Below are positions 25,555-36,989 of a DNA stretch of 64,000 nt, one piece after another. The translations under genes were made by a program, and so were the position numbers. Each line of letters opens with the position of its first letter. Positions within the stretch are counted from its first letter, which is position 1. The notes beneath the pieces are model-generated. The model worked only from the letters and a program-made list of their open reading frames with translations, was not told the origin of the DNA and made no database searches. Source of the DNA: Macrostomum lignano (lineage: Eukaryota); the NCBI GenBank assembly GCA_002269645.1, contig NIVC01002593.1, positions 1-64,000 on the forward strand, given 5' to 3'.

Positions 25555-25830
25555 GCTCCTGCAGGAGCTTCGCTTAAGGTTTCAAGCTGATCCACACAAT
25601 ACAGTTGTTGCAACAGTCCTTGCAGGTGCTTCGCTCAAGGTTTCAAGCTGATCCACACAATACAGTTGTTGCAACAGTCCTTGCAGGTGCTTCGCTCAAG
25701 GTTTCAAGCTGATCCACACAATACAGTTGTTGCAACAGTCCTTGCAGGTGCTTCGCTCAAGGTTTTACGCTAATCCACGTACAGGAGACAGTAATCGCAA
25801 CAACCCTAGAAGGTGCTTCGCTCCAGGTAG
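25555..25830. repeat. 61-bp minisatellite, ~4.5 copies, plus a diverged copy at ~25377-25445
   Basis: gcaggtgcttcgctcaaggtttcaagctgatccacacaatacagttgttgcaacagtcctt starts at 25561, 25622, 25683, 25744. Confidence 0.92.
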
Positions 25831-26655
25831 AATTTGACGCCAAGCGTTGATACAGCTAAGAGCGTTGGTCCAGCTGATCACTCATCCCTGCCATGATCGA
25901 GTTACTCATCTTGCATCGCTACTGCTCATCTTGCATTCAAATATTGAGTGCCGATTCCAGCACAGACTATGCCAGTTTCTACGCTCGTATTGACTGAGCA
26001 TACACTACTGTCTTCAAAGCTAACTAACTTATTAAAAAATCGTATAATCTTTGCTATAAACTTTTCAGGGACATGAAATCGTCCTAATTTTGACATGTTT
26101 TAGACAAAGTTGATCATCAAACGACGAAAAGACTCAATCATTTACGCTCATATCGTACATCTGACCAGGCCATTAGCCATGGAAAACTTATCCTACCATA
26201 CGTACTTCCGTATGGCATGAATATGGCAATGTTATTAATTACGAGCTGTCTGAGTCATGATATTTTATTCATTTTTATTTCAAAGTGTCATTAATGTAAC
26301 TCATGCCATATGCTAGCAATACTTTACTTATAACACGCTCATAAATAACGTACAAAGGTTTCTTTATGTAGCATAAATATTAACGCTCGTTTGGTAATTC
26401 TTTCTTTTCTTCGGAAATTTGGTAATTATTTAACCAAAAATGACGCAACAATTGAAAAGTTTCAAAGAAAACAAAACTTACATTGAATTATGGCACCTTC
26501 TTCAATATCATAAAACAACCAATAACCTAAAACTCAACAACGACGAAAAGTGTCCTAGGATGTTAGAACATAATGAACTGTGGTTAATATTAAAAATAGG
26601 CTAAATTAAGTTAATAAGGTCGTGATTAACACCTCAAGTAAAATTCCCAGCCTAT

Positions 26656-27120
26656 TTAAGCCGCATCAGTTGACTGAACTCTGTGCCGCACGGCGGGCGC
26701 CGCCATTGCTTCCTCCAGCGTGACGCGCTGCCGGTGCTGATGCGCCGTCTCCGAAGCCTCCACCGATAAGTCCTCCGGGTCCGTTTTCTGGTCGATGGAT
26801 TCGATATCACCGCCTTCTTTATCGTCGTCGTCCTTTTCAATTTCGGGGTTGGCCTCGTCGCAAGCCCCCGGGTCAAGTTCAACATCCTCCGCCTGCACCA
26901 CCTTGGTCCAGAGAATCGATGGATTACGGATCACATAGGCCACGTAGACTACCGCTGAGACACAGACATTGAACATAATTTGCAGCACATCCCAGATGTT
27001 GTAGGTTCCCAGCACCCACTGCAGCATGAGCATAGAGAAGCTGTCCAGTGCTTTGTCTACCGGCTTCACAAATTTGGCATGAATTACCTTCCAGGCGCTG
27101 AATAGAAAGTTGCTGGCCAT
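26656..27120 (-). CDS. Orphan 154-aa protein, central hydrophobic segment and acidic C-terminal tail
   Basis: Single ATG-to-TAA ORF, GC-rich against AT-rich flanks; hydrophobic LQIMFNVCVSAVVYVAYVI followed by D/E-rich EIEKDDDDKEGGDIE. Confidence 0.6.
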   Translation of the reverse strand: MASNFLFSAWKVIHAKFVKPVDKALDSFSMLMLQWVLGTYNIWDVLQIMFNVCVSAVVYVAYVIRNPSILWTKVVQAEDVELDPGACDEANPEIEKDDDDKEGGDIESIDQKTDPEDLSVEASETAHQHRQRVTLEEAMAAPAVRHRVQSTDAA

Positions 27121-28856
27121 TGGAAGAAAATAAAAAATTCTGAGTCTAGATCTACCGGGTAAGGCAGAATATTTGGACTTGAATTTGTGTCTCGCTTACT
27201 TCTTTAACTCTTCCTCCTGTACGAATACTCGTAGTGACCAGTTTTGTAGTCTTCCTGTGTAAATTTAAATCAATATCGACTTTTCAGGATCACGGCCGAA
27301 GCTTCCTTTAAAATCAAAATTTCAAGAATCAAGCAGGAACTGCCTTCGTTTTCGTAATGGTAGTGGAAATCGTAAACTACGAAACGCTGCTGTCAACCCA
27401 TAGGAGATTTAGAAACGGGGATTTTTATGAAAAAGGCGGAGGAGGAGGGACAGAGGGCAATAGACCACTGCTTGCTGTACGCCCATATTGATCCGAGACT
27501 CAGTCGAAAAACGGCTCGCTTTATTCCCAACACAGGGACGATCTCAACCACTCGAGCAATTGAACAACAGAGCGACCCAATCTCGTTTTCTCGCAGTCTT
27601 TGTCTCCTGGTCTTTAAATATTCGGCAATTGTCAAGTTCCGTTGAAAAATTTTTCAAAGGTTCTGGCCATAGACTACTGCAGCTTTCCTGTGTCAGATAC
27701 ATTATAAAAAGTTTTGAAGCATAGAATTAGTGCTTAATCATGCAGGCTTAAGTCTTTTAAAAGTATTTATTTGTACTTAAAAAGTTCGTAGATTACTTTT
27801 CTGGAGTCAAAATAATTTAACGAACGAAACTTGACAATTGCCAAGTATCTAGTTGGGCTAATTGATTTTACAGCTGAGCACTGTTGAAGCGAGTAGACAC
27901 TAATATTCTTTAATTTTCAATATTTATTATTGAAATCCGCACATTTGAGAAGCGACAAAAAGTGGCAGAAGTCATACTGTATGCAAAAGTAAAAAAGCAA
28001 GTACAAGCGCTATAGCAAATATTTAATTCTTACCCTTTAATTAATATACGGCACTAGCCAAACTCTCTTCTTCGCATGGATGGCTAAATGTAACGAATTA
28101 TTTAGACTGAATAGAGGTATGATTCGATGGCTGCCAAGACTTAGGACAGTTGGGACTCACGTATCCTGTACATGTAGAACAAACCAGCAGCTCTGCTGTC
28201 TATGGTATTTCTTAAATTTATCTTGCGTTCAATAGCAGAATAAGCGCATTTAATAATAATTTGATCATTTCATTTCATGATCTTAAAGGAAAGTTTAAAC
28301 CATAGACAATTGAAGCCCACAGTATACATCCGGTCCGCAGTGTAGATCTACGTGTACTAGATAACAAAAAAGTTTGTTCGATTTCGCTTCTAAGAATCCA
28401 GAGCGGCAATTCGTTTTACTCGCCATTTTGCTGTCTTGTGAATATCGAATGTGCCATCACTTCGCCGCCCTCGGAGTCTCCACCATTCTGGTCCTAGAAG
28501 GTCTACAGGATTACTATTCCCACGTTAATCTGAGGGCCGCACAGAAATGCCATGTATTTGCCATTTCTTTTCCGGTCTATGGTATTTTAATTAGCTCGTA
28601 GTTGAGTGTAGTTATCAGTTATATTACCAGTCAGACTTGCAGCACTGGTAGATTGTATCACAGAATATACACAGAATGCCGATTCGAGCATTTTTGTTCA
28701 AAAAATGGGTGCAAGAATTGAAATCACACCAGCCTACTCTTGTTGTGAAGCTTTGATAAGTAGGGCTTGAGTTTTTGCCATAAACTATTCTAAGAGCGAC
28801 TTTTATTCTTTGCTTTCAACTGAAAACTAAGTTCAGTCTGAGCTTTTCTGCGCAGC

Positions 28857-29516
28857 ATGGCTGGAAAATCCACTGTCAACCACTTGTTGGGCTGTCTATC
28901 GCAGACCAACAGCAACTGCGAGAACGATGGCAGCACCTTGCTGACCGAGTTTCAGGCCAAAGTAACAGCAAGTGCAAGTGCGCCCAGTCCTGGTCCGCAG
29001 GGCGATGGTCTGATTTCAGCAGACTCCACTGAGGAAGCTCAATACCTGCCTGCTGGCACAGTCGGCAGCATTGAGAATGAGAAGTGCGCCTACATTGGAG
29101 GCTGGCTGCTTTTCAAGCTATTCAAATCTGAGGAAAAGTGCGAGGAGTGCCAGCAGTCGTTAAAAGGCGATGCGCTTCCTGCAGCTCAAGAACGGACAGG
29201 GCGGGACTGGAAATCTGATCATTCCCAACAAGGCAGTCATAGATCTGCAGTCTGTCAGATGGAAGGACGTCTGAAGGACGTGAGCAAACGGCTTCAGGAA
29301 AAGTTCTTTCCCATTGTTCTTGCAAATATTCAGACGCACAGCTCGAATCACGGCGAACGCTGCGCTAAGGCAATGGCCAAGTTATTTGCCAGACTTCGCC
29401 TGCATCACTGGTGCAACAGTCAGAGGACGCTCGCTCAGCAGAGAAAGCGGGGGCGTACGACAGGAATAAAGAGAGCTGAAGAGAGGAAGAAGCTGATGCG
29501 ATTAAATGCTGTTTGA
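28857..29516 (+). mobile_element. C-terminal exon/fragment of a P-element/THAP9-like transposase
   Basis: CAYIGGWLLFKL..KCEECQQSL and LFARLRLHHWC motifs typical of P-element transposase C-termini; acceptor ttttctgcgcag just upstream. Confidence 0.65.
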
Positions 29517-29898
29517 CTGTAGTTTAACTGTGATGCAAATGAATTCTGCTTAGCTGTTGTTTGTTGACGATGCGAATGAATTTTGCTTAACTGGAGTTCT
29601 TCAGAGTGTTTGATTTGTTTAGATGATAAAATACGAAAAAAATGATAAAATTTTACATTTGGTCCTCCAGGTAGGATCTCTGACTGCCTGCGAGACTTTG
29701 ATAAATTATTCTTCGCTAATTTATACTACTGGCCATAGACTTCACAAGAGTAGTGCACACGAATTTTAATTCGGCTTCATGGAAATCGCTCGATTTGGCA
29801 TTCTGTGTATATTCTGTGGATTGTATAGTATGCAACTGAGTTGAATAATGGCCATAGACACTCGTGCGCTACGCGCACGAGTAGCGCACGAGTAGCGC

Positions 29899-30110
29899 GG
29901 AATAATGACTGAGCGCTGAGTGAAAGTATAAATACAATGGTAGATTGTATAGTATGCAACTGAGTTGAATAATGGCCAAAACTCGAGTGCGCTACACATA
30001 GACACTCGTGCGCTACGCGCACTCGAGTTTTGGCCATTATTCAACTCAGTTGCATACTATACAATCTACCATTGTATTTATACTTTCACTCAGCGCTCAG
30101 TCATTATTCC
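29899..30110. repeat. Perfect 94-bp inverted repeat with 24-bp spacer
   Basis: 29899-29992 is the exact reverse complement of 30017-30110. Confidence 0.92.
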
Positions 30111-31153
30111 ACACTTTTGCTGCCATTATTCCACACTTTTGTCACTGTCATTATTCCACACTTTTTATCATGCTTCAATTGGCTGTTTTAAGAGTTGTTT
30201 TACCCATAGACGACTGAGTTGTGTGGCTTAGTTTGACCATAGACAACACTGTGATGAGTGCTGATTTTGCTTGCGTCTTGCGAGAAATCAGTAAAGCGAG
30301 TAGTGGGAGAAAAAGCTATTTGTCTTGTCAAACAACTATGGCTATAGTGCATCTCGTCAAACAGCCGCGCCTATTAATTGAAAAAATCTTCTTTTCGACG
30401 ACTGAACGAACCGTGCGGCGCTACCTAGGAAGAAAACGCGACCATGCAGTCTTCAACGCCTCGACGGCTTTAAACGATGCCTGAAAGCGGCCAATCGATT
30501 CAGTCGAGCAGCCGACAGTCCCAAAGAATCCCAGCTTGGATACTGCGGTACCAAAGAAGCTCATCAGACGAAGCTCATCAGTCGCATGCCAACTTAACCA
30601 AGTCGTGCATCTTTCAAATGGTAAGTTCGGCAACTATACTTGAGAACCTGTATTTCTCTTTCATAGAAAACATTCAACATAGACCAACTCCTTTTGCAGT
30701 GCCAAATCATCAGGCTAAAGTGTCGAGCATCTTTGGAAACTGCGGCTTTGAGAACTGTGCATGTTTCACTTTGGGTGACAAATTGATTTTCACATTGTCA
30801 AATTTCGACTACAAACTGATGAACTGCACTAGCTGTGACATTTATTATTAACTCTTTTCGTGTAGCTGGTACTTTAGTTTTAATGATTTTTTCCTTTTTG
30901 TTCATTTACTTCTTGTTGTTCTGTATTTATTAACAAAAATACTGAGCGATGGATTTTTCAATCCAAATGTCTATGGTACACATCAAAACTGTGGAATAAT
31001 GGCCAAAATATTTTTTCATTGCGTCTGGGTAAAAGTATAATTACAATGATGTTTACAATCTCAATAGAGCATGAGGCAACTCTCATAGTGCCCGCAATTT
31101 AAAACATAAAGTCTAGTGGTGGACAGAGAATATTTCGTATACATAGAATATGC

Positions 31154-31389
31154 CTTTAAAAAGTGAAGCTGATTTTCGCTTTCCGCCGGGAGTTTGGCTT
31201 TGGACCATAGACTAAAAATATATAAAAAATCAGGTGCTACGAGCTAGAAATATATATGCAATTAATTATTTGTACTTGTACTTGTACGAGTATATTTATC
31301 ACAAATATACTTTTAGCTCAAAACACTTAAGTTTATGGTCCAAAGCCAAACTCTCGGCGGAAAGTGAAAATCGGCTTCACTTTTTAAAG
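31154..31389. mobile_element. MITE with ~58-bp imperfect TIRs
   Basis: ctttaaaaagtgaagctgattttcgctttccgccgggagtttggctttggaccata and its inverted copy at ~31330-31389. Confidence 0.8.
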
Positions 31390-32739
31390 CTACGTTGGCA
31401 TATTCTATGCATATGTATGTAATTATGTATGTAAGTATGTATACATAATCCATAGATATGGACTTTCCATGACAATATTTGCGTTCTCCGGGATTTTATT
31501 TGGTAATATTCAATAATATCCCATAATCCATAGAAATAAAGACTTTCCGTGACAATATTTGCGTTCTCCGGGATTTTATTTGGTAATATTCAAAAATATC
31601 CCGTAAAGTCTTTATGTTTATGGTTTATACGAGATTACACATGCCTTTTTCGGGAGTTATTTTCATAAATCCCTCGGGCCTCAGGCCCTCGTGATTTATA
31701 CAAATAACTCCCTCAAAAGGCATGTTTAATCTGATACGTAAAGTCTTTATGTCTATGGTTTATACGAGATTACACCTTCGTGATTTATACAAATAACTCC
31801 CTTAAAAGGCATGTTTAATAAACCATAGATTTTATGCCTTCCGGTAGTATATTTAGAGATGCGGTATGTTAATACAACTCCGGGATATTATCCAATATAA
31901 TCCCGGAGTCTAGTCTATGGTTTTTAAGAGATTACACATGCCTTTTTCGGGGGTTATTTTCATACCGCGTAAGAAATCTAAAGACTGTCAATGGACTGAG
32001 GCGGAAGGCCTTTTAGTTCAATAGATGGAATGGCAGCGAAGATGTTGCACTGCATTGCGCATATATTTATACAAGTGAAAACAGCGCGAGATTATTGAGG
32101 GGCCAAGGGAGGTGCGCACATGTGGCGTGGCGTGACTGGCTACGCCAACCCCCCTGGCTTAGCGAGCCGGCTAGCGCGGGGCGCCACCACCCCACCTCAG
32201 CTAGACAGAGGTTGGCGGGGGGGTTTCCAGTGCGGCTGCACTGGTGCTGCCGGTCGCATTGTCTGGCCGCCACAGGACTATATATCTAATGTTTCCACAA
32301 CTTGGCTCGGTCTTGTGGAAAAAAAGAACTATAGCTCAACAGTCTATGGTTCTGATCGAAACGGAACAGTCCCGAGTTTGATGCGATAGCGATAGTTTGA
32401 TGCTGTGTAAGCAATTTGATTACAACGCTTGCGCACGAAATAGCTGAAGACATTAGTAACTTTGCCAGTATAGCGAGAATGGAGACACCCTCAAGCCCTC
32501 GCTTCGATTTTATCCCCCACTTGTCCCGGTCAAATAAGTCTATGGTCTAGTGTTGAAGCATTTATTTGTCCGGGACGAAGAAATATTTATTTGTCCCAGA
32601 CGAAGAAACGATTTATTTGGAACTGACAATAACAACAAAAAGCCACAAAAAGCAACTATGGTTGACACTAACGCTAATAGACTGATAGTCAATGACAGTA
32701 AAGCACTTTTTGTCTTTCTCACTTCATAGTGATCACGAT

Positions 32740-33117
32740 GGTGTTATCATTTCTAGAAACTTCGATTCGCATTTTCTTCGCAGGAGAAAAAAACCGTCGT
32801 AGACCCAGTTGTCGGAGCGCCTCCAGCATCACGAGCAGTGGCAACCGTCGTAGTCCCAGTTGTTGGAGCGCCTCCAGCATCACGAGCAGTGGCAACCGTC
32901 AGAGTCCTTGAGGTCGAAGCATCTGCAGATCCGATTTGCTCATCTCATGCAGCTCCTTGAGCACCATCAGTCCAGTTTCCTCGCCAGACGCCCACTGTGT
33001 CTTCTTTTCGTTGTGCCATTCCATGAATGTGTTGACCACCCAAGTAGCTTTCTTCTTAGTAGCTTCTGGCACACAGCCATCGACAACAGCCATGACCTCT
33101 TCTTCCGACGTAAGCAT
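32740..33117 (-). mobile_element. Crypton-like (DUF3504/tyrosine-recombinase-associated) coding relic, disrupted by a 51-bp tandem duplication at 32792-32893
   Basis: SEEEV....VPEATKKKATWVVNTFMEW...ELHEMSKSDL...LRRFFLLRRK resembles the VPxNTKKxTxWAVxxFxxW...LxxFxxEVRKxDG block of CryptonA/ZMYM-type proteins (recalled consensus). Confidence 0.6.
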
Positions 33118-35815
33118 TAGTTATTCTTCACCTCAGGAGTTAATATACTCGTATATGGCTTTTTATTTCGACTTTAGATAAACCAGCTGATTGGGCAGTT
33201 TGGTGTATTCTGTGGGTTTGCTTGTCTCAGTTGAGTTTTCAGTCCAAAATTTGCGCGGTGTCTATGGCCCAAACCATGATCTTTATATTGTATAGACTTT
33301 CAAAGTTGAATTCCATGCATTCTCTACATAACAAAATCAGCTATATTTTCACCAATTTCTACATACTGCATGATTTTCTTTAATTTGAACTCTACTCTTT
33401 AGCAGTCTGCTTCCTTTGAGGAGATGGATTTTTCTCTCGCAAAGGATGAATTTTTATAGAACTTAAAAATTGCTGAAAACTAAGTTGAGATAGAAACTCT
33501 TACACATAAACTTTCATCACATTTAAATTCAATTGTAATTAAAATGCGATTTTCTCTCCTTCATGGATTTCCAAATGTATATTTAGCCGGGGAGCACAAC
33601 TGCTATTGACAGTCGCAATTTGACTGCCATGAGCAACTTTTTGCCAGCTAGCTATTTTTGACTTCTATATTCAGGTTAAGTAAGAATTGGGAAAAAGGTT
33701 TATAGGTTTGGATTTAGTATTGGTTTTCTCATTCTAGCTCAGCCTACGAGCAACCAATCTTAGCCAGCCCATAGCACATGGTGTAGCCAGAGCAATTGGG
33801 TTTTACCACGACATGCTCTCTTTTTACAATCAAAGTCAGCCTACGCGAAACTCTTTCTTACCCAAAGCACAAACGCACATGCTCTGTCATTTGTCTTTCT
33901 CCATGGCTCAACCAATCAATTATTGAGTAGTCCCTGTGCTCAACTTCCAATGGTTTGGTCAAGAGTGAGGTTTTCCGCGGTGGCCAGACAAGGTCACGTT
34001 TCCAATAGTTGTCAACGAGCTATGGTTGAGCAAGTTCATGGCTAAGTTGGTGACGCAAGAGTTGTAGTTGTTTGCGACGGTCCACCGGGTATGTTCCATT
34101 AAGGTGTCACAATCGCTGGAAATCGGCAACTACTCAGTTCTCGTTGCCGCTGCTTCCATGCATTCGCCATCATTCACCATTCGCCATTTCTGAATCGAAT
34201 TGTAAGATGGCCCACAGCGCTGTGAAGGTCCAAATCAGGCAACAGCTATCTACAGCTCCAAACTTTGTCGAGGAAGAAGCTGCATGGTGGCCGACCTGGG
34301 AGCTCGTAAAACCTGTGATGCGTGTGGTTGCTACATTTTGTTCGAACGAGTTGGCCGAGTTGCTTTGGAACCTGCCAATTAAAGATTCACTGCAGCAGGA
34401 ATCACCCAAGAGTCCCCCAATTACACAGGAGCCATGCATTTTTTTGAGAATTAAATACCTGATTGATATAATCTAATCGACCATGTTAAAACTAATTCTC
34501 CAAAAATTTGATTGATTAAGTTTAATTTATCTTATTTTCGGATTTCCTCGAGTTGAATTTGTGAGCCCTATATAGCTGGCTTAAATATTTTTTGCGTTAT
34601 TGCAGTTTTGTTCTATTACAGCGCGGCGTCCAGCGCATAGATAGAAGGGTAGATTGTGTGGTTCAATGCTTTTTACTTAGTTGAATGGCCTGTACTCAGT
34701 TTCCTTAGGGGATTTAAAGCTAAATAATTTGGCTTGTCAATGTACAATTAGAAGTTTGCATATTAGAATGACTTTGAAGTCCGTGGCATTGAAATAAACC
34801 ATTTCGATGAGAATCGGGATAGATGGCTCGTACATGTATATACAGGTATAGACGACTGATCGAATTTTGTAAAAAGAGGAGTGTGATTAAAACCCAGCTC
34901 TGGCTAACACCATGTGCTAAATAGGCTGGCTGAGATTGGTTGCTCATGGGCTGGGTTAGAATGAGACAAACAAATTAGGGTTAACAGTTAAGGCTAGAGT
35001 TAGGTAGGTTCCAGCAGTCGAAATTTGAGTTAGTCAAAATTGCGACAGGCCCACCCAGCCTGCCCATTCAAAGATAATTGAACAATTTTGCTGACCCCAG
35101 TTATAAAAGTTATAATTCTTATAGAATAATAAACGAAACTAAAATAAAAACTAAATTCCTTCTAGGTTTAAGCATTGATTTTTTCTTTAAAAATGTGTTT
35201 TGTTTAAACGTTGTCGTGCAACAATTTAGAATTTTTTTCTCAGAAAGATTTATACGAAACACGATTTTTTTTACACAATTAGGCTTTTCATATAACCGGT
35301 GTCAGAACTAGAATCGGTTTGAAGCTTTTTATATTGTCCGTTCCGCTTTAGATCGGTTCCAGAACCGTGATCCTATTCTGGAATTCGGTTCGAGAAATTT
35401 TCTCGATCCGTTGTCGCATTTCTATAGCAACAAAAGGACGAATTTGAAATAACATTTTTAAAAGAATACTGGTTTCTCGATTTTAGATAAAAATGTTTTT
35501 ATCTTTGAGAAGTAATATAATTAGACAGAAATAGAATAGAAAAATTCGACGCTTTTCATTTTCCTACTGATTCTGGTTCTGGAATCAGAATTATTTTGAT
35601 TCTGGAATTGGAATTATTCTGGTTCTGGTACTCTGGAACCAGTCTTTGTGAAAAGTCTAGATCTGCTTTGGCTTTGGAACATATTGACCAATTAATTATA
35701 GTGTATTATTATGGCTTTGAAACTCTACATCTAAAATTACAAGTATACACGTACAATGATGCTTTCAAATGTGAGTGCATATAGAATAATGCTTTACTCA
35801 CTATAACGCCATAAC

Positions 35816-36989
35816 GGGTCTATGAAATTTGCTTGCGAGAAGTTTGCTTGCGGGACTTTTGCTTGTGGAATTTTGCTTGCCGAGGTTTGCTTGCCGAAGT
35901 TTGCTTGCGGAATTTTGCTTGCCGAAGTTTGCTTGCCAAAGTTTGCTTGCGGAATTTTGCTTGACGAGGTTTGCTTGCCGAACTTTGCTTGTGGAATTTT
36001 GCTTGCCGAAGTTTGCTTGCCAAGCTTTGCTTGCGGAATTTTGCTTGCCGAAGTTTGCTTGCCGAGCTTTGCTTGTCGAACTTTGCTTGCCGAAGTTTGC
36101 TTGCCGAATTTTGCTTGCAGGAAATTTGCTTGCTGCACATAAGCTTGCCAAAGTTTGCTTGTGGAATTTTGCCTGCCGAATTTTGCTTGCAGGAAATTTG
36201 CTTGTAGGAAATTTGCTTGCTGATCAAGGTTTGCTATCTAAAGTTTTTTTTAGCGGAACTGTAAAGAACCAATTTTTGAGCTCTTTAATTATTTCTAATA
36301 GTTTGAAAGCTTAGTGTCAAGTCAGTTTATGTCGATGCTGATAAGAATCCACTTGCAAAGCAGCTGCACTTCCCTGATCCCCTGAACTCATTCTGCCCGG
36401 GAACCAAATAGAGCTGCATCGTCTGTACTGTAGTATGTAATAATTGACTTACCAACTTCACAAGCCATCAAACAAGCAAGCAAACAAGAAAATAATTTGG
36501 CAAGTTAAAACCTTGCAATTGTGATTGCGAATTTTTAGGAAGCAGACATCAAAATTCTGCAAGCAAACTTCGGCAAGCAAAATTCCGCAAGCAAACTTCG
36601 GCAAGCAAACCTCGGCAAGCAAAATTCCTGCAAGCAAATTTCCTGCAAGCAAAGTTCGGCAAGCAGACTTCGGCAAGCAAAATTCCACAAGCAAACTTCG
36701 GCAAGCAGACTTCGGCAGGCAAGATTCGGCAAGCAAAGTTTGGCAAGCAAAGTTCGGCAAGCAAAGTTCAGCAAGCAAAATTCTGCAAGCAAAGTTCGGC
36801 AAGCAAACCTCGGCAAGCAAAATTCTGCAAGCAAAGTTCGGCAAGCAAACCTCAGCAAGCAAAATTCCGCAAGCAAACTTCGGCAAGCAAAATTCTGCAA
36901 ACAAAGTTCGGCAAGCAAAGTTCGGCAAGCAAAATTCCTGCAAGCAAAGTTCGGCAAGCAAACTTCCCGCAAGCAAACGTCGTACTCCC
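35816..36989. mobile_element. Foldback element (Mutator-like): two ~420-bp inverted arms of a 14-bp tandem unit
   Basis: Left arm TTTGCTTGCCGAAG arrays (35826-36225), right arm the reverse complement (36540-36976), ~310-bp unique spacer. Both ends read GGG-N9-TTTGCTTGC; only partial 9-bp flank similarity. Confidence 0.8.

Noticed and set aside
25555-25830. CRISPR-like regular array
   Set aside because: Units are contiguous with no unique spacers, there are no cas genes, and the context is eukaryotic.
10931-27120. Operon of four co-oriented minus-strand genes (AQP, RETSAT, SLC26, orphan)
   Set aside because: Gaps of 2-4.6 kb filled with TEs and no functional link; co-orientation alone is weak evidence.
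28857-29516. Fanzor/TnpB-like nuclease
   Set aside because: No RuvC motifs; the Cys pair and RLHH motif fit a P-element transposase C-terminus.
30221-30851. Fragmented ORFs between CCATAGA motifs
   Set aside because: Probably a decayed TE coding region, but no family motif could be assigned.
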